The notes beneath the pieces are model-generated. The model saw nothing but the letters and a program-made list of their open reading frames with translations, did not search any database and was not told where the DNA came from. Shown here piece after piece: positions 9,857-18,419 of a stretch of DNA of 64,000 nt (the first letter of the stretch is position 1; each line of letters starts with the position of its first letter). The translations under genes were made by a program, and so were the position numbers. The stretch comes from Planctomycetota bacterium (GTDB lineage Bacteria > Planctomycetota > SZUA-567 > H5-PLA8): NCBI GenBank assembly GCA_038227875.1, contig JBBRPR010000044.1, positions 1 through 64,000 of the forward strand, written 5' to 3'.

Positions 9857-10409
9857 TTAGCGATCCTTCAAAAATAGCAAGTTCGAGTGGTTCACAACTC
9901 GACCATTTGGAACTCTATGCCACAAGATTGCATATTTGCGCTTCTATGCAAATAATTGGCGTCTGCAACTCCCGATCTAACAATATCCTTTACATACACC
10001 GCACAGATTGGAGAATTCAAAATATTGTGCGCATGCGTAACACAGTACTATTAACGCCGTTAGTGTCCGAGACCTCGAAGAACTGAAAATGCGGCGTCTT
10101 GGGCTGGCGTCTCTGTGGCCAAAACAATCTTCGCTCCCGTCGCCAATAAAAACACTGCATAACAACGGTTCAATTTTCGTATCATCGTCCACTTTCCAGA
10201 GAATGTAGGGCCTCCGGTTAGAACGTATCGCTACTATAAAGTTTCGAACAATGCGTTGGACATGCTGTCGGACACGAAAGCCTAAACCATCCTGGCGGAG
10301 TGGGCCGCTGACGCGCTTGGAAAGTTCAGAGACGTTGAGCGCATATTGTTTTGGTGGTTCCGCTTGGTGGTTCCGCTTGGCGATTCACGCCGCTGATAGT
10401 CGCCGAGGT

Positions 10410-10766
10410 TCAAGCGAGTAAACGCAAGAGTTCTTCGTCGGCAAATGGAGTTGGAAGCCATTGGCAGTTGTTTGGGACCGGCAGGGGGACTTTCATCGTC
10501 GCCTTTAAAAATGTAAATATGATCCTTGGGCCTGATTCGACAAGGTTAAGCAGTCGTTGGAATTCTTGACCCGTCATTCCCGGCAAGGTGTACTCCACTA
10601 TTACGAAATCAAAGACCTTTGCTCGGGCTGCCCCTGTCACTGCGGTTATGGTCTTAATTGCCTCCACTTTGCTGTTCACAAATCCCAGTACGAAGTTGTG
10701 TTGTGACAGGATTTTATACGCGGCTTCCATTTCTCCAAATTCAGGTTCAACAATGAGAATAAACAT
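10410..10766 (-). CDS. Atypical single-domain receiver (pseudo-receiver) protein
   Basis: MFILIVE...FDFVIVEYTLPGMTG...WLPTPF: REC-fold pattern with Glu at the phospho-Asp position and Thr at the conserved Lys. Confidence 0.6.
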   Translation of the reverse strand: MFILIVEPEFGEMEAAYKILSQHNFVLGFVNSKVEAIKTITAVTGAARAKVFDFVIVEYTLPGMTGQEFQRLLNLVESGPRIIFTFLKATMKVPLPVPNNCQWLPTPFADEELLRLLA

Positions 10767-11039
10767 GTCGGATTCCGCTCCTAGATGCCTGTATTTCAGA
10801 CGAATAACGCGCCAGTCCATAGGACAGTGTTCAGGATGAACTGCGTGGTGAAAATGCAGCAACTATCAAGCCGACTCGGATAGATCGAAGGTCTTCCACC
10901 CGCGTCATAAGTTTTCCGAGTCTCGCGTTCATTCATGGCGGCGCGAAAATGCATCTGTGAACGCGCACATTCGTAGCGGGGACGCTCGTCGACTCTCCTG
11001 GACTCAGGAATTTTTAAGTTCGAACTGTCTAATGAACCG

Positions 11040-11388
11040 GACCCCAGTACACTGCGTTTTAATATATTTAACCGCAAGTTGTAGGGCTTCGACAAACTGG
11101 CGTTCGCACCGTTGTCCGAGTGATTCTGAAGTCGGCGTCGGTTATAAAGGTAGACGTCATGATGACCGGCGTCTTCCAATTCCTGCGCCTGAGTTCCGTG
11201 AGGACGGACAACCCGTCCCTGCCCCGCAGGCGGACGTCCATAATCGCTAGGTCGTAGTTCCCGCTTTCTAATTCGCTTGCTGCCGCGTCTCCGTCCTCGA
11301 CGGCGAAGACATGGTTGCCCATGCTGGCGAGAAAGTCAGTCAGCGCTTCCCTCTGTTCACGCTCGTCCTCCGCGATCAGGATTCTCAT
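11040..11388 (-). pseudogene. CheY-like response regulator with a frameshift near 11120
   Basis: MRILIAEDE...IMDVRL..DG...PVIMTS; the GANASLSKPYN beta5 motif is in a different frame. 3' end approximate. Confidence 0.7.
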
Positions 11389-11744
11389 ACCAGCATGAAA
11401 TAGCGAGAAGCATGCCAAGTTCTTCGGCTCGCAAGTCCCTCTCCGGCAAGGCGTTGCACGGAATATTGACGTATTCAGATTCGTAAGGCTGAGAATGTGG
11501 TTGGCAGATTAGAGAACAGATATTCATAGCCAGGCTTCGGGTCTTCATTCAGATCTCTCGTTAAACAAGAGTCTCTAAATTCCGACTCTGGCTGTTGCCC
11601 CCTGAGAAAAGTCATCATGCGGCTTCCGGCGCCATTGTTCGGAGATGCTGGTGGGCTGCATTCTGGCCGGCGCTGGCTGGGGCGGGCTGTAATGCACCAT
11701 TGTAGAACCAATGGCGGTGGGAAAATGAAGGTCAGAGAACCCGA

Positions 11745-14738
11745 TCAAAAATCGGTTCTCTTGCCGTCTTTTCCAACTAACCGCGAGACGTCCCAGACCA
11801 GCGCTGTGGTGTCCGCGCTTCCGGTCACCAGACGGGAACCATCGGGAGAGAAAGCCAGGCATGTAATTGCAGCGCCGTGTGCCTTGACCTGCGCGGCCAT
11901 GTGACCGCTCTGCCATTCATAGATCTGCAGGCTGCCGTCGTTGCTGCCGACAACGAAGAACTTGCCATCGGGAGAAAATGCCGCGCCGCCGTGACAGGTG
12001 CTCATGTTCGGGCTGCCTTCGATCTCACGGATCTTCTCGCCCGATGCCAGATCGATGAAGACGTAGCAACGTACAAGGTCGGGAGCGTCCTTGATCACTT
12101 TTGAATTCGTGTAGGCCAGAGTCTTTCCATTCCGTGAGATGCAGAGATTCCACAGCCCCGCGGGGGCCTCGATGGAGCGAATCTTCTTTCCGGTATTCAA
12201 ATCCCAGACAGCGATCTCAGGAGGGCCTTCGAAAACTCCCCATCCTCCGATTTTGATGGCCACCACTGAGCCGTCAGGAGCAAAGCATGCCGCCTGGACG
12301 TAGTCGTTGTGCGTATCCTTAATAATTTGCCAGCAGCGCAGTTCTTCACCAGTGCCAGCATCCCTGATATGCAGATCACCATATTGGCCCAGTGAGAGCA
12401 ATCGGCCGTGGTCGTGCGTGAGGCCCACGAACTTCCTACCCACCGGCAGAGGACCTCCAAAGGGTCCGTTAGGTGGGGTAGTTTCTTCCGGAAGATCGCG
12501 CAGTTCATCGCCGGTTTCCGGATTCAAGAGACGAAGGGCACTCTTATCGGCAGCGACCAGCAGTGATGAATCAGACGAGACATTCGCAGTGGTCAGTGAG
12601 TCTTTTCCACGCGGGCACCACACACGCGGATCACGGGTTTGTCTACCTGATGCCGTATCCCAGAACCGGATGCTGCGGTCGCCACCGACCGTTGCGATGC
12701 TCTGGCCGCTCGGCGCGAAAGCAATCGCGTCGACGGATCCCTGATGACCGATGAGCTGCTCTTTCTCCCGCCCGGTGGTCAGATCGTAGATCCACAAGAC
12801 GCCCACTTGTCCCTGGACAGCGACGTACTTGCCGTCCAGTGAAAACGCGCCTTCGTTGAGATAATCAAGCTTTTCACTCTGCAGGAGTACTTTACGAGAG
12901 GGCAGATCCCAGACGACGAGTGTAGAGAAGGCTTCGTCGGTTCCCACGGCACAACCGGCCAGGAGCCTGGTCCCATCGGGCGAGAAAGACAACACCCGGC
13001 CACGGCCGGCCTTCAGCGGCAGCAGTTGGCTTGTTCCGTCGGCCATGGAACGGAGAGCAACGCCACCGGACTCAAAGTACGCAACGATGCTGTGGTCCGG
13101 CGAAATTGCTCGGACGCCATTGCCTGGAATGGGCCACTCGCGGGTGGGTTGATGGGTCGAAGCGGCGGAACCGGCCAGATCCCAGATGAAGGCGGTGCTG
13201 CCTGATTCGAGCACCAGCGCCGAGCGAAGATCACTGGCATACTTCACCATGAAAGGAAGGGTAATCCGGTCGCCCTGATTTTTCAGCGGACGCTGCGCCT
13301 GAAGGGGAGCTATTTCAGTCCCACCGGCCAGTTCCCATTGTCGGATCGTTCCATCCATGCCCAACGCGGCGAAACGCGTCTCGTCCTCGGAAAATGTCAG
13401 CGTCGCCAGATCGATTCCTCGCGCAGTCAGGATTGTGCGGCCGCTTTCGAAGTCCCACACCCGCATACAGCTCGGCCAGCTAAGCGCTCCGGGAGTTCCG
13501 GCGTTCCAGGTCATATATGATTCTGGTCCGGTCTCGATGGTGGCTGCAAACTTCCGCTTCGGAGAGAGTGCGTTCAGCGCGGCGCATGGGCGCGAGGCCG
13601 CGTTGCCGCTCTCCACATCCCAGGTGTGAAACCCCGACAGCTGCCCCCACCCCCATTCCTTTATCGACCCTGACGCGTGAAATGCGGTTATTCCGACAGA
13701 GCACAGTTTTCCGGACTGATCGAAGCCCGTCAGACTTCCGTGGTGCCGGTAGCGCGTCGTTCCCAGCCGGGCGATGGCGCCCGGCGGAAGCGGATCGCCA
13801 TTCAGATCAAGCGCACCGGCCTCCTCGATTTCCCGCTCATTCTCCGCAGCCGTCTGAGGCGGAGCAGATGGCGGTAATTTCGTTCCCATTGCACGCACTG
13901 GTAGCTCGGATCGACCGAACCAGACCGCTGCCGAGACCATCAGAGCGATGCCGGCGGCCCACGCCGCAGAGGTCAGCGCGGATCTTCTCAGCGACAGGCG
14001 CACCAGATGGGCTGCGTGCGGTGAGGCGACAGTCATTTTTGCCGAGCCCATGTCGCGGATGCGGCCGGCGAGTGCGCTGGAAACCGCATTGCAGGGAAGG
14101 TCTGAGGAAAGGCCCTGCGCCAGGATGACCGCGAAGCTGCCAACCGGACAGCCGAGCTTGCCGGCGAGTTTTTTGATCGCTGTGTCCAAGCGTGTGTAAA
14201 GCGTCTTCTCCGGACACTGACAGCGGCGTGCGGCTTCGGAGACGGGTAGTTCCTGAAGAAAATGCAGGACGATGGCTTCGCGCTGGGGTCGAGGCAGCGA
14301 TTCGATGGCGCAATCGAGGCGTTGCCGCAGTTCGTTCCAGTTTTCCGCATCTGTAGAAGAACTCTGAGAGTTCATAGCTCCTGCTTTCCTTTCGTAATAA
14401 GCGCGGCGGAGGCATTCGCGTCGCTGGGAGCGGGCTATGTTCACGGCCACCTGGTGGATCCATCTGGCTGCGGAGTCACCGGCGGGAATGAAGCGCTTGT
14501 TCAGGAGAAATAGAAACGTGGCCTGCGTCGCATCTTCGGACCATTCGGAGCAGGCTAGGACGCGTTGGGCTGCGCCGTAAACGAGACCCGTATAGCGGCG
14601 TGTGAATTCCTCAAAACAAGCCTGCTCACCGTGTTCAAAATAACGACCCAGAAGATCGCGATCGGAGCGCTGATTCAGAGCGGATATCGGTGTCAAGTGA
14701 CGGGTCTCTCCCGGGCAAGTATCCGTGGTTGTTGACAT
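11745..14738 (-). CDS. ECF sigma-70 factor fused via a TM segment to a WD40 beta-propeller region
   Basis: SDRDLLGRY..CFEE..EDATQATFL (sigma2), sigma4 (LPRPQREAIVLHFLQ), TM helix, DLNGDPLPPGAIARLGT.R.RH linker, WD40 repeats ending TALVWD. Start taken at MSTTT. Confidence 0.9.
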   Translation of the reverse strand: MSTTTDTCPGETRHLTPISALNQRSDRDLLGRYFEHGEQACFEEFTRRYTGLVYGAAQRVLACSEWSEDATQATFLFLLNKRFIPAGDSAARWIHQVAVNIARSQRRECLRRAYYERKAGAMNSQSSSTDAENWNELRQRLDCAIESLPRPQREAIVLHFLQELPVSEAARRCQCPEKTLYTRLDTAIKKLAGKLGCPVGSFAVILAQGLSSDLPCNAVSSALAGRIRDMGSAKMTVASPHAAHLVRLSLRRSALTSAAWAAGIALMVSAAVWFGRSELPVRAMGTKLPPSAPPQTAAENEREIEEAGALDLNGDPLPPGAIARLGTTRYRHHGSLTGFDQSGKLCSVGITAFHASGSIKEWGWGQLSGFHTWDVESGNAASRPCAALNALSPKRKFAATIETGPESYMTWNAGTPGALSWPSCMRVWDFESGRTILTARGIDLATLTFSEDETRFAALGMDGTIRQWELAGGTEIAPLQAQRPLKNQGDRITLPFMVKYASDLRSALVLESGSTAFIWDLAGSAASTHQPTREWPIPGNGVRAISPDHSIVAYFESGGVALRSMADGTSQLLPLKAGRGRVLSFSPDGTRLLAGCAVGTDEAFSTLVVWDLPSRKVLLQSEKLDYLNEGAFSLDGKYVAVQGQVGVLWIYDLTTGREKEQLIGHQGSVDAIAFAPSGQSIATVGGDRSIRFWDTASGRQTRDPRVWCPRGKDSLTTANVSSDSSLLVAADKSALRLLNPETGDELRDLPEETTPPNGPFGGPLPVGRKFVGLTHDHGRLLSLGQYGDLHIRDAGTGEELRCWQIIKDTHNDYVQAACFAPDGSVVAIKIGGWGVFEGPPEIAVWDLNTGKKIRSIEAPAGLWNLCISRNGKTLAYTNSKVIKDAPDLVRCYVFIDLASGEKIREIEGSPNMSTCHGGAAFSPDGKFFVVGSNDGSLQIYEWQSGHMAAQVKAHGAAITCLAFSPDGSRLVTGSADTTALVWDVSRLVGKDGKRTDF

Positions 14739-14841
14739 GCGAATTTCCCTCGGACTGGTTTTTGTACTCGAAATCGGTCTCAATTCACTAAGTCTGTCGC
14801 AGCTCAATGGCCGCGGGAGGGAGGAATTCTTGAAAAATCTG

Positions 14842-15672
14842 ATGAATATGAGAGCAGTAATCGCTGCTACTTGGCCGAATGTGGCGCGGATCTCGGACGC
14901 GAAAACCGCCGGCTTGTCTCCGGAGATACTGGACGGCTTGCAGCCGTGGGTGCGCCGAGTCCGCGCCAAAGTTGACGCGATGCCGAAGCTGGCTGCGGCG
15001 CCGACGGCGACGGAAAGCGTCGCCACGATTAAGACCTCACCACTTAAAATTTCGGAACTCCCGGTGCCTGTTGCGCCGGTGGCAGACAACCACGCCAATG
15101 GCCAGGACAAAGCGAAAGAGGAGCCCAGGAATTCGGAGACCGCGAGTGCCATTAAAGAGGAACTGAAGAAGGCAGGTTGGACCGTGATTGGCGGCTCGTG
15201 GAAGAAAAAATCAGAGGGCCTTTACGAAGCAACCAATGCCAGGTTGGAAGCGGCGATCATAAACGGCACGATCCGGTTTGCCGTGCAGAAAAGCGGCGGC
15301 GGGCGAGTGAGCGCATTTGTGCGGAACAACTACACGATCGAAAAGTCCAAGACGAATGACATGGGCGATTTTGCCACAGGATATGGCGTCTGTGTCGATG
15401 GAAAGACCTATGGAATCTATATACCCTGGGCGCCGCAGGACGTGCAGCCCACAGCTCGAAAATTGAAGCCCCACCTTGAACGCGAGGATCACCTGCCAGT
15501 CGGTAGCACGCGTAACGAATACGGAGTCACCATGGATGGCCTGCGCCTGCAGATCGACGTGAACGGCAAGCGCGTGCGAATGACGAAATACGAAATTCCT
15601 GAGGCGGGTCCCTTTGTGCTGGTGGTGGAAGGGACGGTGCTGATCGAAAATCCACAGGTCTCGGGAAAGTAG
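14842..15672 (+). CDS. Hypothetical protein with a C-terminal beta-rich (lectin/ConA-like?) domain; possibly 5'-truncated
   Basis: Long ORF with a P/A-rich linker followed by a beta-strand-rich domain (GWTVIGGSWK...); start uncertain. Confidence 0.55.
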   Translation: MNMRAVIAATWPNVARISDAKTAGLSPEILDGLQPWVRRVRAKVDAMPKLAAAPTATESVATIKTSPLKISELPVPVAPVADNHANGQDKAKEEPRNSETASAIKEELKKAGWTVIGGSWKKKSEGLYEATNARLEAAIINGTIRFAVQKSGGGRVSAFVRNNYTIEKSKTNDMGDFATGYGVCVDGKTYGIYIPWAPQDVQPTARKLKPHLEREDHLPVGSTRNEYGVTMDGLRLQIDVNGKRVRMTKYEIPEAGPFVLVVEGTVLIENPQVSGK

Positions 15673-16464
15673 CTATTCGGCCCTACTCCCAGCAAAAGTT
15701 GATCTGCATGCCGACAGACCGGCAAGTCCGTCAGTCAACGGCGACACAAAGCGGAATACAGGCGTCAGCGTGGCGACTGTGAAAAGCATTCATGATGCCC
15801 GGTCCGAAAGGAAGCCTCACGTTACTGTGAACTTGCGAAACTGAATCAATCTTCCGATCCTTGTGACATTCGCAAGAATGGCTGTTGCTGAACTAGGGAA
15901 ATCGAATTGAGCAAGGCAGATTTTTGGTGAAATTTATACGCACAAGCTTACTAGCCGACCCACAATATCGTGGTCGTCCATGATTGACCTGCCAAATATG
16001 AACTCGTCATTTCAAACGTCCGGCAGTTACCCTCGTAATCGTACTGCCGTCCCCATTTCCCTTCCGGCATTCAAAAATTGGGGCCAGAGGGTGCCAAAAT
16101 CGGTCCCTCGCAAGCGTTTTTTGGGTACACTGCCCTTGGAATTCCGAGGTAAAGTTCACCCCGCAACCCTTCTATTTCTTCTTAATCTCCCCTATAACCC
16201 GATGATCTAAAAGTTCTTATATCACAACACATGACGCCTCTCAGTTCGCCTGGAGGCCATCTAAACGTCGGTCCCCCCTAAACACACTGGACTAACCTTG
16301 AAGCAGCAGCGGTGCATGCAAGACGCACTCCTCTTTTCGTCATTTCGCCGCCATTTGAACTCCCTGCGCCTGCCGTAAGAGGTCACTAAAAACACGGAAG
16401 TCCGCCTCCGCAAGCGCGTTGCGCACGTGACGCATAACGTATGCGCATTAATTTTTTTCGGATC

Positions 16465-16485
16465 CTGGCGGCCCGTTGAAAAAGG
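16465..16485 (+). mobile_element. Orphan IS-end-like sequence
   Basis: CTGGCGGCCCGTTGAAAAAGG resembles CTAGCAGCCCGTTGAAAAATGG (reverse complement of 124-145). Confidence 0.4.
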
Positions 16486-16565
16486 CTTCTTCCTCCAATT
16501 TTCTCCGTGAAACGCCTGGCTGTTGATGCGTTTCACGGCGTCGGCCGAGGGAATATCAACAACCT

Positions 16566-18200
16566 CTACCGGCGTCCGGAAAGCTGTCCGAGTTGCTTGG
16601 CCTTCGCCGCGTCTTTCTTCAAGAGCAATTCGAGGATGCGATTGTATTGTTCGTCGAGTTTCGCGGAGGAGGCCAGTGCTCCGGCGTGCAGGAGCGCATC
16701 AGCGTCGTCGGCCATCAGCGCCAGAGCCACGTGGACCAGATCGGAATCCGTCAGATCGTGCCAGGTGAGCGGCAGCGCATTTCCGTCCAGGTCGATCGTG
16801 ACACCTGAAGCCGAGGCGGACTTCACGCGCACATCCTGCTCGCGGCCCATCACATGGATGAATGCCTTCACATTCGATTTCGCATCGGGGCTCTGAAGCG
16901 CCTTGATCAGCGGCTCGCGATGCGTCGCACCATCGACGGCGGGCTTCGTCGTTTCCGAGGCCACCGGCCGTGATTCTGCGCCTGAGCGCTTGGGAGCGGC
17001 GAATTCGAATGCACCCAGATCCGGCTGATCCTTGCGCTTGTGACCGTCGCCATCTTCCTTCACTTCCTTGAGCGCCACACCCTTGTTAAGCACTCCGGTT
17101 GCGGCTGCGGTGAGATGCAGATCACCCTTGGCCAGGTCGGAGAAATACCCGTCCAGCGGCCCGGTATAATTGTTCGACTCCGAGCCGCCGCTCAGTTCCA
17201 GCGAGCCGCACAGAATATTGCCGGCGACCTGGATGTCTTTGCACAGCGAATCGGCCACCACGCGAATGCCGCGGCTGGCGGGGTCTTTTTTGATGATCGT
17301 GTTGTGCAGCAGCCGGATGTTCTCCGCGCCGCTGAGTTCGATCGCGGCATCGGCGCTGGTCGTCACAAACACGTTGTTGCGGCAGACGGCGTCCTTGACG
17401 TTCATCGCCGCCTTGGCATTCGATGGGTTGCCCAGCGCCACGCTGCGGTCGCAATCGACGAAGATGTTGCGTTCGACCACAATGCTCCGCGAATCGACCC
17501 AGATGAAAATCGCGCCGCGCGCCTGGCCGTTATGCCCCTTGATATTCTTGAAGACGTTGTCGGCAAACGTCCAGTCGTCCAACTTCATCATGTCGATGCT
17601 GGTGATGTAGTCGCCATCGAACTGCCAATTGGACGGCGGAATTTTGGTGTTCTCGAAGACGCAGAAGCGGACCGAGCCTTTGGAAACATTCTTGCCGGAA
17701 TCGCCCTTCGTGCCCTTGATGCCGCGGATGCCGATGTCACGGAAATGGCAATTGTAGACGTTGATGTTCTTCGGGCCGCCGTCGGCATTGATCTTCAACC
17801 CGTAGGAGTGGACTTCAGTGAACGTCAGATTCGCGATCGTGACATTTTCACTGCTGTCGATCCAGAGAATGTCTTCGTTGTCGTGATCGCCGCCCTGGTC
17901 CCAGCCTTTGCCACGCAGAATGACTTTCGTCGGATCGCCGGACGCGCCGCGGATCGTGATGTTCTTCTTATCCTTGAGCCACATCACTGGGACGATCTGA
18001 TACGTACCGTCGGCGAGCGTGATCACGTCGCCGTCCTTCGCTTGAGAGATCGCCGCGCGCAGTTGATCGGCATTGCCGACGCCCACGACACGGCCGGCTG
18101 GCGGAGGTAATGGTGGAACGGTTCGTCCGGGAATGGTCGAAGATTCGCCCGCGATCGCCGCGCCGCTCCAGATCAACACCGCAATCAATAGCAAGCGCAT
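16566..18200 (-). CDS. Secreted right-handed parallel beta-helix protein (pectate-lyase-like fold) with a C-terminal ~120-aa domain
   Basis: Signal peptide, LRAAISQAKDGDVITLADGTY, repeated N.F coils, PDLGAFEF, then a linker and a C-terminal domain. Confidence 0.85.
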   Translation of the reverse strand: MRLLLIAVLIWSGAAIAGESSTIPGRTVPPLPPPAGRVVGVGNADQLRAAISQAKDGDVITLADGTYQIVPVMWLKDKKNITIRGASGDPTKVILRGKGWDQGGDHDNEDILWIDSSENVTIANLTFTEVHSYGLKINADGGPKNINVYNCHFRDIGIRGIKGTKGDSGKNVSKGSVRFCVFENTKIPPSNWQFDGDYITSIDMMKLDDWTFADNVFKNIKGHNGQARGAIFIWVDSRSIVVERNIFVDCDRSVALGNPSNAKAAMNVKDAVCRNNVFVTTSADAAIELSGAENIRLLHNTIIKKDPASRGIRVVADSLCKDIQVAGNILCGSLELSGGSESNNYTGPLDGYFSDLAKGDLHLTAAATGVLNKGVALKEVKEDGDGHKRKDQPDLGAFEFAAPKRSGAESRPVASETTKPAVDGATHREPLIKALQSPDAKSNVKAFIHVMGREQDVRVKSASASGVTIDLDGNALPLTWHDLTDSDLVHVALALMADDADALLHAGALASSAKLDEQYNRILELLLKKDAAKAKQLGQLSGRR

Positions 18201-18314
18201 GCACAGTTCCGCTATGACAGTTCAGAGAGCTTAATCGTAGAAACTACAAGATGGTAATATCCGTGCGGTGAAGTGCAAGACTTACCTTCGACCCGTCTTG
18301 CGGGATTCGCGGGA

Positions 18315-18414
18315 TACCTTGTCGTAAATTTATGACGGGGTATGTCATTTTGATCATCGGATAAATTTATGCCGAGGTGTTGTTTCTAACCACCCGGTAA
18401 ATTTACCGGGTGGT
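18315..18414. repeat. Tandem array of three ~26-28 bp palindromes centred on TAAATTTA
   Basis: TACCTTGTCGTAAATTTATGACGGGGTA (18315-18342), ATCATCGGATAAATTTATGCCGAGGT (18353-18378), perfect ACCACCCGGTAAATTTACCGGGTGGT (18389-18414); period about 36-37 bp. Confidence 0.85.
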
Positions 18415-18419
18415 CCGCG

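Noticed and set aside
14739..15152. N-terminal 138-aa extension of the ECF-WD40 ORF in the track
   Set aside because: It is antisense to the 14842-15672 ORF; sigma-like sequence starts only after MSTTT at 14738.
16080..16260. Possible att site or tRNA 3' remnant (...CCTGGAGGCCA)
   Set aside because: No cloverleaf or T-loop consensus, no integrase in the window, and no matching direct repeat.
18315..18414. CRISPR array interpretation of the palindrome cluster
   Set aside because: Units are not identical, linkers are only ~10 nt, and no cas genes are present.
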